From a virus, in the IMG/VR virus record IMGVR_UViG_3300047090_000102, positions 1 through 64,000 of that record: a stretch of DNA of 64,000 nt. The stretch is one strand, 5' to 3'. Under the pieces are notes generated by a model. It had not been told where the DNA came from. It worked only from the letters and a program-made list of their open reading frames with translations, and did no database searches. Positions 8,236 through 17,174 of this stretch are shown in pieces. The position numbers and the translations under genes were made by a program. Numbering within the stretch: the first letter of the stretch is position 1; each line of letters begins with the position of its first letter.

Positions 8236-8859
8236 ATGGAGAGAAATCACTTTCCGGTTCGCCGCAAGTCCCGTAAGCCGCGCAAGGACCACCAGTACAA
8301 AGACGGACGGCAGTACGTTGCCAAGAAGACGCAGTTGCGGCAGTTCGTGTTTGAACGGAGCGGGGGTCGGTGCGAGAACATGAAGCGGTTATACCATCCG
8401 GAATTTAAGGTATCAGTGGGCATGGCGCGTTGCGAAAACGAGATCACGCTTAATTCCATGCACCTAGCTCATGGCAAACACGGTCAGGGTTTCAGGAACG
8501 ATGTACCGCGTACTCCGCAGAATCCGGACGGATGCATTGCTGCCTGTGAGGACTGCCACCGAAACGGCGATCACGGCTCAAAGTGCACCTATCCTCGGCG
8601 CCCAGGCAAGATCATGAACGCGAAGAAAGCCCAGGAGTACTGGCGCGGCACCATCTGTTTCTGCTCTACCTTGGAACAGGAAATCATGAAGCCGGCGGAT
8701 ACTTCGTTCTGCGAGACCTGTATCGAAAAGTTACCGGCGGCGTTGCGGCACGACATCGAGAACACCGAAGCGGACGACTATCTGAAAACTTTGGCCGAGT
8801 GTGAAACGGCGATCATGCAGTGGAACGTAAACCAGGTTGCCGGAGCGGAGCAGAAATGA
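8236..8859 (+). CDS. HNH-like / zinc-binding nuclease-like protein
   Basis: ORF 8137..8859 trimmed to ATG 8236. Contains FVFERSGGRCEN...C...MHLAHGKHGQG...CEDCHRNGDH, which fits an HNH pattern only weakly. Confidence 0.45.
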   Translation: MERNHFPVRRKSRKPRKDHQYKDGRQYVAKKTQLRQFVFERSGGRCENMKRLYHPEFKVSVGMARCENEITLNSMHLAHGKHGQGFRNDVPRTPQNPDGCIAACEDCHRNGDHGSKCTYPRRPGKIMNAKKAQEYWRGTICFCSTLEQEIMKPADTSFCETCIEKLPAALRHDIENTEADDYLKTLAECETAIMQWNVNQVAGAEQK

Positions 8860-9068
8860 CAGCGGGTGTGCTGAGTGAAGTCCGTCGGATGCCTGGAGGC
8901 CGGCGTCTGTACTTGTCCTAAGAGCGATGTTTGCGAAGTGGAGAAGTGGGAGATGGATAAACCACGAACCCGTACCCCGCAAAATTCATGATTTTGTGGA
9001 GCGCGAAGCAGACTTAATTCGATGGACTTCACTGAACACAGGGCCCAGCGGGGCGAGGGGGAGCGGAG

Positions 9069-9209
9069 ATGAAACGAGAAGATATCGAAAAATGGGAACG
9101 ATATTACGAGGAAGCAGTTCAGCGTGACTTTGCGCGGGAAATTTACAAACGCTGTGCCGAAGAAGATTCACGAGCCGCAGCCCCAGAGCCAGAGGGCGGG
9201 AGCCGATAA
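9069..9209 (+). CDS. small protein (46 aa)
   Basis: Below the track cutoff. Translation MKREDIEKWERYYEEAVQRDFAREIYKRCAEE.... GGGGGAGCGGAG lies upstream. The stop overlaps the next ATG (TAATG). Confidence 0.4.
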   Translation: MKREDIEKWERYYEEAVQRDFAREIYKRCAEEDSRAAAPEPEGGSR

Positions 9210-9541
9210 TGTGTGACTGTGAAATGCCAGAGTTTTTCGACCGCACTTATCCGATTGCGCGGAGAGAGCATAGATGCTGCGAGTGCTTCCAGCCTATTCG
9301 AATCGGCGAAAAGTATTGCCGCAACTCTGGGAAGTGGGACGGAACGATGGGCTGCTACAAAGTTCATGTCGAGTGCGAGGAGTTACGGGCGGAACTGCAA
9401 GCCAATAGCGGAGACTTCTGCGAGTGTATCCCGTTCGGCGGAATCGCGGAGGAAATATCCAATGTTGGATTACCTGAATTGAGCTTGCAGTGGTGGTTAA
9501 CAAAAACTTTACATCGGCCAGAGGGCGGGAGCACAAAATGA
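9209..9541 (+). CDS. Cys-rich hypothetical protein
   Basis: ORF track. Confidence 0.55.
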   Translation: MCDCEMPEFFDRTYPIARREHRCCECFQPIRIGEKYCRNSGKWDGTMGCYKVHVECEELRAELQANSGDFCECIPFGGIAEEISNVGLPELSLQWWLTKTLHRPEGGSTK

Positions 9542-9852
9542 GCAGGTTTTCAAATAAGTTGACCGATGTGGAAGTTGAGCGGCTGTCTTTGCTGCTGGAA
9601 GAATTGGGCGAGGCTCAGCAGGCCATCGGAAAGATCATGCGACACGGCTACGAGAGCGGATGGCAAGGCTCAAATAATCGAGACGATTTAACCGATGAAC
9701 TCGGCCAAGTGCTATTCGCCATTGACCTGCTTGCCGCGAATGGCGATGTTGAGCAGTCGGAACTTTGCGAATATCGGGAGTGTAAATCGGAATCGGTCAA
9801 GCGATTCCTGCACTACAAACACAAGATGCCTAAATTGCCAGGGAAGTCATAG
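9538..9852 (+). CDS. MazG-like nucleotide pyrophosphohydrolase (candidate)
   Basis: ATGA overlap at the start. LLLEELGEAQQAIGKIMRHG...DELGQVLFAIDLL fits the all-alpha NTP-PPase pattern. Confidence 0.5.
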   Translation: MSRFSNKLTDVEVERLSLLLEELGEAQQAIGKIMRHGYESGWQGSNNRDDLTDELGQVLFAIDLLAANGDVEQSELCEYRECKSESVKRFLHYKHKMPKLPGKS

Positions 9853-9891
9853 TGGCCGCGTGGTCACCGAAAGAGCAGCCGGGGAGCGCAT

Positions 9892-10230
9892 ATGACGGTT
9901 CGACAGCTTGAAATCTTGCAGCACGCTTTAGGGCTTGACCGATACGGCAGAGGCCGAGAGACGCGCAATCACTTCTGTGCTGGGTCTGCCGATGAGCCAA
10001 CTTGCCGCGAGTTGATAGCCTTGGGATTCATGCAGCAACATCGCACGACCGAGGTATTCCCCTACTTCAATTGTTCAGTTACGGATGAAGGTAAATCGGC
10101 GGTTCGCCGCGAGAGTCCGAAGCCGCCAAAGTTGACACGCGGGCAGAGGCGATATAGAGCATTCCTGCGGGCCGATTGCGGCTATAGTTTTCTGGAGTGG
10201 CTGAAGTATTACGGAAAGGAAGTCGCATGA
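9892..10230 (+). CDS. hypothetical protein
   Basis: ORF track. Confidence 0.5.
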   Translation: MTVRQLEILQHALGLDRYGRGRETRNHFCAGSADEPTCRELIALGFMQQHRTTEVFPYFNCSVTDEGKSAVRRESPKPPKLTRGQRRYRAFLRADCGYSFLEWLKYYGKEVA

Positions 10231-10607
10231 CACAGGCCGAGAGAGTAGCGGAGATCAAAGAGCGGGCGGAGAAGGCGACGCCGGGGCCGTGGAAGTGGGT
10301 AGAGACACCATCGGCGCATACCTTGGATTCCCCGGCCAATTCTCCAGATAAAGAATGGGACGGAATAACTCCTCTGGAGATATATCACGCTTTTGATAAG
10401 TTGCAAGGGAAGCCAGATAGTGTTCTGTGGGGTAATTGGTGTAATGATTCCACCGCTGACGTGGGAGTAGGGGAGGCTGATGCTGCCTTTATATTTCATG
10501 CCCGCGAAGACGTGCCTTACCTGTTGGCGCTCGTCGCGGATCTTCAAAAGGAAATCAAAGACATGCGGTCAGCCGGCGAGCACGAGCGAGTGAGGAGGCA
10601 CAACTGA
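10227..10607 (+). CDS. Ead/Ea22-like phage protein
   Basis: ATGA overlap at the start. AEKATPGPWKWV...EADAAFIFHAREDVPYLLALV. Confidence 0.55.
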   Translation: MTQAERVAEIKERAEKATPGPWKWVETPSAHTLDSPANSPDKEWDGITPLEIYHAFDKLQGKPDSVLWGNWCNDSTADVGVGEADAAFIFHAREDVPYLLALVADLQKEIKDMRSAGEHERVRRHN

Positions 10608-11560
10608 TGGAGAGAACCAGCGGCGGATACGAAGTCAAATCGGGAAGCACTTTGCAGTACTCGGCTGAAGGCGTATTGCTTGACAGCTATGACGCAACAT
10701 ACTGCGAATTGGAACTCTGGGCGCTGGTGCAGGCCCAGGAGCGGCAACTCGAACTGGAAAACAAGCGCGGCAAAGACAACATGGATGCCGCCCTGGTATG
10801 GCAGAAGCGTGCGATGGATGCAGAGTCTAAAGAACTTGTAAATTCCTCACAGTTGCAGGCCCAGGAGCGGGACGGCTCGTTCGTCAGACAAATACTTGAA
10901 CTGTTGGCGCATGACCGCTGCACCAATCTTATCTGGTGGGAGCGGGACGGGAAGATCGGCGTTGGTGCCGATTGCAGCGATTGTTTCTTCTGGGGAAGTG
11001 CGGACGCGGAAGAGATCACGCCAGACAACCTGAAACTATTCATCGGCACAATCAAGTTCTGCGAAGATATGGAAGCGACCAACGAAGGCGCATGTCCCAC
11101 GGTTTACGCCGATGAACTGTTCGCGGCCAGGATTCGCAAACAACGCCCACAGGGTGCAAGCTATGAGATGTATCCGCCTTGCCTGTGGGCTGCGTTCGAT
11201 GCTTGCGGGCCAGTGAGAGAAACCGGATTAGGGAATCCGCACAAGCAGCCAGCCAGCCTAGAGGACGTGCCGGATAGGTTCAAGGCGAAACGTGCTCCAA
11301 CTTATGAGGAAATGCGGGCCAAGTTGCAGGCCCAGAAGGAGCTAACCGAGAAGTTCCGCATAGACTGGGCGATGGCAGAGAAGGAGAAATTGGCCCAGGA
11401 GGAGCGGATACTCCTTTTGCTCGGCGCGGCGAAGGATGAATTGCCGACGCTGTTTAAACCTCGCGGGCCATGCCAGAAAGGCTTAGTGACTCGCTGCGTC
11501 TGTCATGATTGCAGAAAAGAGCGGCTGCGGGCCGCAATAGTAGAAGCAGAGAAGCCATGA
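10607..11560 (+). CDS. coiled-coil protein, paralog of 12202..12648
   Basis: TGATG coupling at the start. Shares ELELWALVQAQE and a LRAAIVEAEK C-terminus with 12202..12648. Confidence 0.6.
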   Translation: MERTSGGYEVKSGSTLQYSAEGVLLDSYDATYCELELWALVQAQERQLELENKRGKDNMDAALVWQKRAMDAESKELVNSSQLQAQERDGSFVRQILELLAHDRCTNLIWWERDGKIGVGADCSDCFFWGSADAEEITPDNLKLFIGTIKFCEDMEATNEGACPTVYADELFAARIRKQRPQGASYEMYPPCLWAAFDACGPVRETGLGNPHKQPASLEDVPDRFKAKRAPTYEEMRAKLQAQKELTEKFRIDWAMAEKEKLAQEERILLLLGAAKDELPTLFKPRGPCQKGLVTRCVCHDCRKERLRAAIVEAEKP

Positions 11561-11766
11561 GGCGAGTGAGCCGATATGCTGCGATCATGCAGGTGGTAGA
11601 TAGGATGCATGAAGGCGAGGTGCACCGGCACGTCATGAACGCAGCCGAGCGGGTTAATCCCCATCGCACCATGGCCGGAATAGGAAACCATCTGCGGAGT
11701 AAGTTTGGCTCAGCCGTAGCACTCAAAAGGTTTGAGCACATCATTGTGATTCGGAAGGAAGAGTAA
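11557..11766 (+). CDS. hypothetical protein
   Basis: ORF 11509..11766 trimmed to the ATGA-coupled ATG 11557. Confidence 0.5.
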   Translation: MRRVSRYAAIMQVVDRMHEGEVHRHVMNAAERVNPHRTMAGIGNHLRSKFGSAVALKRFEHIIVIRKEE

Positions 11767-11769
11767 GCC

Positions 11770-12180
11770 GTGAAGTGCAAGCACCCCAAGGTAGACGCGA
11801 GCAAGCGGTGTAAGACGTGCCGGGAGCTGGTAGACCTGACGCAGAAGCGGAACAAACTCAGAAATAAGCCGGTCTGGTTGGACGGAATCAGGTTCGCATC
11901 AGGCCGGGAAGGCAAGCGCTATCTGGAACTGAAGGCGCTAGCTCAGGCGGGCAAGATTTTCAAGCTGGAATTGCAGCCGGAGTTTGAGATTGATTTCAAC
12001 GGAGTGCTTATCTGCAAGGTGCGCCCCGATTTCGCGTATCAGGTGATCGATACCAACGGCGGAGCATTCGCCACCTCGCGGAAGATAGTCGAAGATAGCA
12101 AGGGGTTCCGCACCGATGTGTTCATTCTGAAAAAGAAGTTGATGTTGGCCCGCTATAACATCGACGTGCAGGAAGTATGA
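11770..12180 (+). CDS. DUF1064-like PD-(D/E)XK nuclease
   Basis: GTG start. IRFASGREGKRYLELKALAQAGKI..LELQPEF...PDFAY...VEDSKGFRTDVFILKKKL matches the DUF1064 pattern. Confidence 0.6.
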   Translation: MKCKHPKVDASKRCKTCRELVDLTQKRNKLRNKPVWLDGIRFASGREGKRYLELKALAQAGKIFKLELQPEFEIDFNGVLICKVRPDFAYQVIDTNGGAFATSRKIVEDSKGFRTDVFILKKKLMLARYNIDVQEV

Positions 12181-12201
12181 GCGCGGGGAGGACAGAGGCT
12201 A

Positions 12202-12648
12202 ATGGACAGGACACCGAATGGTTTTTCAATCGACGGATGTGACAGAGTAAGCACTACTGACTGCCGAAATGGCATGAACAGTCCATGGGGAGCTACTGCA
12301 TTTGAACTGGAGCTGTGGGCGCTGGTGCAGGCCCAGGAGGAACAGATAGAGCAATTGGAAGTGCGCCTTAAAACATCAAAGGAAGGCCTATCTCAGCAGT
12401 TAGATTCAGCGCTAGAGGATAAGGGGATGGCGAATCTCTCTTGGAGGGCAACGGATAAGAAATGGAGAGACGCCATCGCACGGCTGGCGGGGCTGCTCAG
12501 CGCGGCGAAACTCGGCAGGAAGCTTTGCCCGCTTCTTGGCGGCTTGAATCATCGGCCATCATGGTTCACTGAGGATGACGCATGGGAAGCATGGGTCAAT
12601 TTGGATGAAGCTTTGCGGGCCGCAATAGCAGAGGCGGAGAAAATTTAA
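12202..12648 (+). CDS. coiled-coil protein, paralog of 10607..11560
   Basis: Shares a 24-nt identical block (12316-12339 = 10718-10741) and the C-terminus LRAAIAEAEK with 10607..11560. Confidence 0.6.
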   Translation: MDRTPNGFSIDGCDRVSTTDCRNGMNSPWGATAFELELWALVQAQEEQIEQLEVRLKTSKEGLSQQLDSALEDKGMANLSWRATDKKWRDAIARLAGLLSAAKLGRKLCPLLGGLNHRPSWFTEDDAWEAWVNLDEALRAAIAEAEKI

Positions 12649-14258
12649 CGGCGTCTGCCGCGTAACCGACTGACGTTGTATGCTCCGCGGCGTCCCATAG
12701 CTACCGGTTTCGGCTTGGCTTCTTCGATCGCCTTCTGGTAAAAGACCATGCGCGAGGTGACGTCCTCTTTCGGGATGCCCTTGATTGCCTCCATCGCCCT
12801 TTCGTGCGCCGGCATCTCGCCAACATTGGTGAAGGAATAGAGCCCGTACCCAGCGCAGTCCATTGCGTCATCCAGCGGATCCCCGATTACCTTGATGATG
12901 TCCCCAGTCTTTTTGGGGTCGTGCATGCGGCTCGGGATAGCGTCACACAGCTTCGGACAGGTGTCTGCTACTGCCCAGTTGCCGGTCTTGAGGTCCGTGT
13001 ACATCAACTGCCACCGGCCCGCGCGATCGTTTGATGCCCGAATCACTCCGATATTGTATGACGCGAACTGGTCCTGGAGTTGGTCGGCTATCGTATGGCC
13101 ATCGCCAATGTCCTTGAAGTTAGATGGATCCAAGAACACAGCACATACGCGGCGTTGCTGGCCCTGGTAGAGAGGCTTGACGAAAGCATCGGCCACCATT
13201 TTACCGAAGTCTACGGCCGGCACTTTGGACTCAACGATCTCGGCGATCGTCCGTATCTGCCCAGTTTGTAGTCTAACGTGCAAGTAGGCGGCTGCCGAGC
13301 TCTTCCCGAAACCATAGTCGATCGAGATAAAATGTGTATCCCACCAGTGTTCCTGAATTGAAGCGTAAGGAATAATCATCTTATTTTGGTCCCAGTGTGA
13401 GAAGTAGGCTCCCTCGAGCTTGCACCAGCAGCCCTGCTCCATGGCTTTGGCTAGGCCACCAGACATCATGCGCAGGCGATAGACGTACTTCTCGTCGAGA
13501 AGGTTGTGATCGGTTAGACGACCAGGGATAAACGCGATCGAGAATCCATGGCCGTCCTTGTCGCGGAGAGGATACTTGTCTGATGGCCAGACAGCATCGT
13601 AGTAGAGCCGACCCGATACCGCGCATTTATCTGGTTCGTGAACCGGGCAAGCACCACGAAGAAACATCTTCTTGTGGAATGCAGCTCCAACATGTCCGGG
13701 GTTAGATGCGAGACGCATGCGTAAACGTAAGCGCTTGTCGGTGGACGCCAGACGGCCCAGGATATTGCGAATCTGGTATTCAGTGTGGAAGGTACTTTCA
13801 TCGAACCCAATCCACGAATATCGAGGGCCCAAATATTTATCCACGGCACCGTCATTATCCATGATCGCCAGCCGTATGGTTCCCCCAGATGGAAACGTCC
13901 ACATCCAGTTTGGCTGTCCGACATAGCGCGCACCCATTGGCAAGTACAGTTTGCGCGTTTTATCCACGATGTCAGTCATCTCCGTGAATGCTTGCCGGAA
14001 GATGATGCCGCGTAGATTTGGGTTGTCACGCTCCATTGCCGCATCGACTAGGAGAGATTCAGTTTTTAGGCTACCTGCGCTGCCTCCTAGAAATAGGATA
14101 TCGGCCATACACTGAAGGGCCTCTTCCTGCATCTTGGTATTTGGATACCAACCAACAGGCAGTCCGCTCCCAAGGCCAGGAAGTAATGCAGTTTCTCCCA
14201 TCTGTTGTTCTGCCATGCGCGCGGCGGCTGCGCGCTGTTCAAGGCTGTAGGTCGACAT
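12645..14258 (-). CDS. terL: terminase large subunit
   Basis: Walker A-like GGSAGSLKTES and Walker B-like WIGFDEST. RNaseH-like nuclease half with ISIDYGFGKSS...DPSNF...DDAMDC. Preceded by a small-terminase-like gene. Confidence 0.8.
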   Translation of the reverse strand: MSTYSLEQRAAAARMAEQQMGETALLPGLGSGLPVGWYPNTKMQEEALQCMADILFLGGSAGSLKTESLLVDAAMERDNPNLRGIIFRQAFTEMTDIVDKTRKLYLPMGARYVGQPNWMWTFPSGGTIRLAIMDNDGAVDKYLGPRYSWIGFDESTFHTEYQIRNILGRLASTDKRLRLRMRLASNPGHVGAAFHKKMFLRGACPVHEPDKCAVSGRLYYDAVWPSDKYPLRDKDGHGFSIAFIPGRLTDHNLLDEKYVYRLRMMSGGLAKAMEQGCWCKLEGAYFSHWDQNKMIIPYASIQEHWWDTHFISIDYGFGKSSAAAYLHVRLQTGQIRTIAEIVESKVPAVDFGKMVADAFVKPLYQGQQRRVCAVFLDPSNFKDIGDGHTIADQLQDQFASYNIGVIRASNDRAGRWQLMYTDLKTGNWAVADTCPKLCDAIPSRMHDPKKTGDIIKVIGDPLDDAMDCAGYGLYSFTNVGEMPAHERAMEAIKGIPKEDVTSRMVFYQKAIEEAKPKPVAMGRRGAYNVSRLRGRRR

Positions 14259-14773
14259 CAGTTCACCGTGGGCTTGTTGTTCTCATGCATGAACCGATGG
14301 AGCTCTTCGGCGTTGACCGGATCACGGCCAAAGAATGCGATGAACTTGAGTTCGTCGGGAGATTTCCCGCGTAACTCTTTGGTGATGTCGTTGACTTCGA
14401 TCTTGTTGGTGATGTGGCCGGCAATCTTCGCCGCTAGTTCATAGGCTGCCACCTGGCCGTTCATGCGGTCCCCGGTCTGGGAGATCGGGATGCGCGCCAG
14501 GGCCAGAAGTTCGTCGACAAAGTCAGACTTGGCAAGATCTTTGCCTTGCTTCATGCCGGCCGCGGCCGCGAAGCGCTCAAGCTTGCGCTCGATGAGTTTG
14601 CGAACGATCGGCTTTTTGAGCGCGCGATAGGCGAATACTGTTTGGTTCTTTTTCGCTCTGGCTGGGGTGTCGCCGGTAACGCCTATCTCTACTGCGGTTG
14701 CGGGTCCGTCGCCCATGTACTTCGCGACGAACGCCAACTCCAGCGGTGTGGGGTATTTTTTAGGTACTGCCAT
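14258..14773 (-). CDS. terminase small subunit (candidate)
   Basis: 171 aa, directly coupled (TGATG) to terL. The N-terminal helical segment ELAFVAKYMGDG...A is typical of small terminases. Confidence 0.5.
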   Translation of the reverse strand: MAVPKKYPTPLELAFVAKYMGDGPATAVEIGVTGDTPARAKKNQTVFAYRALKKPIVRKLIERKLERFAAAAGMKQGKDLAKSDFVDELLALARIPISQTGDRMNGQVAAYELAAKIAGHITNKIEVNDITKELRGKSPDELKFIAFFGRDPVNAEELHRFMHENNKPTVN

Positions 14774-14842
14774 ACTTCTGTACTCCGTGTTATTTTGATT
14801 TTACTTCTTTGCTTCATACACTCTACCCGGACCAACTCTCCG

Positions 14843-14874
14843 CCAAAAACGAAAGGAGCCTGATTAAGGCTCCC
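14843..14874 (-). terminator. rho-independent terminator
   Basis: Minus strand reads GGGAGCC-UUAAUCA-GGCUCC followed by UUUCGUUUUUGG. It lies 23 nt after the stop of 14897..15139. Confidence 0.55.
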
Positions 14875-14896
14875 TTCTTTCTTCTCTGTATGTCTG

Positions 14897-15139
14897 TTAG
14901 CGCCCCAGATTGTAGACGGCGTCGGACCAAGCGCGCTGAGCTTGAGAAAACTTGCACCGGTCGCAGATTTTCTCTGAGTGCCCGTCGAGGAACACGTGCG
15001 TCACGGTTATCAGACCAGCATCCACCGTGGTCACAATGGGGTCAACTTTGGGAAGGCCGTCATCGGCGCGGACAGAGGGTTGCGGTGCAACGGCCAACAT
15101 CAGGCCAAGCATCAAAACTGCAAAAACTAACTTCTTCAT
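14897..15139 (-). CDS. small secreted protein (Sec signal)
   Basis: MKKLVFAVLMLGLMLAVAPQPSVRADD signal-like N-terminus. AAAGGAAAAA lies upstream. Confidence 0.6.
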   Translation of the reverse strand: MKKLVFAVLMLGLMLAVAPQPSVRADDGLPKVDPIVTTVDAGLITVTHVFLDGHSEKICDRCKFSQAQRAWSDAVYNLGR

Positions 15140-15187
15140 ATGTTTTTCCTTTCAGGACTTCTGTACTGCTCCAGGAAATGATACCAC

Positions 15188-15367
15188 TTAGCTGGTGCTC
15201 CCATCGCGGATAAGCCTGCATCCCTTTTGCGGAACCGGAGGGAAACTCCATTCCTTTGCCATCTGGCAACCGCATTCAGCGCAGCGCACATCGCTATTCC
15301 AGTCGAACGTGTCTGGATTCTCAGGCTCGAACGTCTTCCCGCAGTGACACCTATATGGCCAAACCAT
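15188..15367 (-). CDS. small zinc-ribbon protein (59 aa)
   Basis: Below the track cutoff. MVWPYRCHCGKTFEPENP...VRCAECGC. Confidence 0.4.
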   Translation of the reverse strand: MVWPYRCHCGKTFEPENPDTFDWNSDVRCAECGCQMAKEWSFPPVPQKGCRLIRDGSTS

Positions 15368-15683
15368 TACGTCTCCGCTCGTACATATCGACGTGCGCAG
15401 CTATCGCCTTCCGCGCCTCTTCTTGAATCTTGGCTACCATTGCCTCGGTCTCCGGCGGATAGGTGGGTCTTATCAATGGTCCGCCAGGGATAAACGTAAC
15501 AGTGAATGTGCTCCGCGCGTAAACATCGTTGATGAGAGCATGGAACGGTTCGGCGATCTTCTGGCACTCGTACTGCAGCTGGACGTGCTCGCGGATCAGG
15601 TTCTCCATCCGCCGGTTGCGGTCGTCTCTCGCCATTGCTTCGATTGCCGTCATACTTTTCTTGCCATACGCGACGATACCCAT
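15351..15683 (-). CDS. hypothetical protein
   Basis: ORF track. Confidence 0.55.
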   Translation of the reverse strand: MGIVAYGKKSMTAIEAMARDDRNRRMENLIREHVQLQYECQKIAEPFHALINDVYARSTFTVTFIPGGPLIRPTYPPETEAMVAKIQEEARKAIAAHVDMYERRRNGLAI

Positions 15684-15838
15684 TTGTGGACGGTGCCTGC
15701 AGCGCCTTCAATCTCCAGTTTCAACTCACCGTATTCAAATGGATGGTCGTCAATTTCCACGACCTTACCCATGAGTGGAAAAGGGAACTCTGTAGTTGGT
15801 ACCAGGACTTGGTCGCCAAGTTTTATTCCGTTCGTCAT
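15650..15838 (-). CDS. hypothetical protein
   Basis: Trimmed to the ATGA-coupled ATG 15838. Confidence 0.5.
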   Translation of the reverse strand: MTNGIKLGDQVLVPTTEFPFPLMGKVVEIDDHPFEYGELKLEIEGAAGTVHKWVSSRMARKV

Positions 15839-15963
15839 GACTTCTCCATCGGCTCCAGAATAGACTCTCCCAGGTACACCAGCCCGCGCTCTGTCCACTG
15901 ATACCAACCGGACGGCGCACTCATTGGATCATTCACCCGCGTCCAGTAAAAGGGGCGGCTCAT
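15835..15963 (-). CDS. hypothetical small protein
   Basis: Trimmed to the ATGA-coupled ATG 15963. Confidence 0.45.
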   Translation of the reverse strand: MSRPFYWTRVNDPMSAPSGWYQWTERGLVYLGESILEPMEKS

Positions 15964-16178
15964 CTGCTCACATCCAATAGATCGTAGTCGTACCCGTTGT
16001 CCTCGATGCACCAGCAGCATTTCTCGCAACGGCGCTTCTTGTCATCGCCAAACATGATCCGGTGACGAGTACAGTTTGGGCAAGCATCGGCGGTGTAGTC
16101 TCCGCACTTCGCCCGCTGGCGTTCCAGGAATTCCGCGCGCTCTTCCTGGTCCTTCGTCATTGACTCGCCCAAAGTCAT
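15960..16178 (-). CDS. Cys-rich small protein
   Basis: Trimmed to the TGATG-coupled ATG 16178. Contains CPNC...CEKCCWC. Confidence 0.5.
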   Translation of the reverse strand: MTLGESMTKDQEERAEFLERQRAKCGDYTADACPNCTRHRIMFGDDKKRRCEKCCWCIEDNGYDYDLLDVSR

Positions 16179-16534
16179 CAGAACACCGGCGCCTGTCTGG
16201 TTTCGTCCATCTCCGGAGTCCACGGTACCGGCAACCCACGCTCCGCCCGTTCGACATCCGTGGCCTCATAGTGGATTGTGCCGTCACGATGGTCCTGGAC
16301 GACTTTGTTGTAGGGGTTCCAGTACACGGGATTTGCGGGCGGCTTAGCGTCGGTATCAACTTCCGCGACGAAAAAACCAGAGCCATCAGGCAGCCGCTGC
16401 AAAGGCAACCGGCCTTCACGCGCGGCCCGCTCTTTGCTCAAGTAGCTTGTGGCGAGACCACCAGGACACTTCAGATTCCGCCAATGGTGATATGCCAAGT
16501 CTTTTCCGCATTGAACGCAAAGCTCTTCTTTCAT
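16178..16534 (-). CDS. hypothetical protein with N-terminal CxxC
   Basis: ORF track. Confidence 0.55.
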   Translation of the reverse strand: MKEELCVQCGKDLAYHHWRNLKCPGGLATSYLSKERAAREGRLPLQRLPDGSGFFVAEVDTDAKPPANPVYWNPYNKVVQDHRDGTIHYEATDVERAERGLPVPWTPEMDETRQAPVF

Positions 16535-16652
16535 GTTGTCAGTCTCCTGATTATGCCTGTGTTCTCAATGGCTACTTGGACTCTGCGAGGAAGTAATTCG
16601 AGGGTCTCCCTTTTAATTGATTTACGAGAGAAGTAGGCAATCCATTTTCTTT

Positions 16653-17174
16653 TCAACACTTCTGTCTCCTCATCAACTCCGCACCGGCAGCTGTTCGTGA
16701 CGATCCCGCGTCAGTGCCAAACATCGCTGGCTGCACGCCGGTCAGTACCGCCATCTCGTCAGCCATCTTGTTCAGGTACGCAAAGATATCTTTCGGGACC
16801 GGCGACGGGCCTTTCCCTTCGTGCCAGATTGGCTCCGGTGGCGGATGCAAGACATTCTTGCCCAGCAGATAAACGCGGTCGAGCGGGGCGGCCTTGCTGG
16901 TGATGATCTTCTGCACAATATTCGCGGCCTTTGCCGCTTTGACATCATCTTGATTGTTTGGGTCATGAGCAGACCACTTGAACAACGTGTCACCGTCACT
17001 GGCGATGAAGTAGTGCTCGTGCATCACGACGAACGGGTTGGCAAAACCATAGTCAATGCCGAGGATGTAGTGCAGCTCACTCGGAAAGCTGTAGGTCCTG
17101 AATGGCCACACACGCCGCGTTGCTTCTCCGGCAAGAGCCAATGCTGCGAGTTTGAAGAAGCTACGCCGGTCCAT
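16653..17174 (-). CDS. protein with twin-arginine (Tat)-signal-like N-terminus
   Basis: Trimmed to ATG 17174. MDRRSFFKLAALALAGEATRRVWPFRTYSF. Paralogous N-terminus to 17161..17430. Confidence 0.55.
   Translation of the reverse strand: MDRRSFFKLAALALAGEATRRVWPFRTYSFPSELHYILGIDYGFANPFVVMHEHYFIASDGDTLFKWSAHDPNNQDDVKAAKAANIVQKIITSKAAPLDRVYLLGKNVLHPPPEPIWHEGKGPSPVPKDIFAYLNKMADEMAVLTGVQPAMFGTDAGSSRTAAGAELMRRQKC

Noticed and set aside
8927-9127. 66-aa plus-strand ORF in the 8860-9068 gap.
   Set aside because: It has no ribosome-binding site and a G/R/S-rich product. It overlaps the better-supported 46-codon ORF starting at 9069 in another frame.
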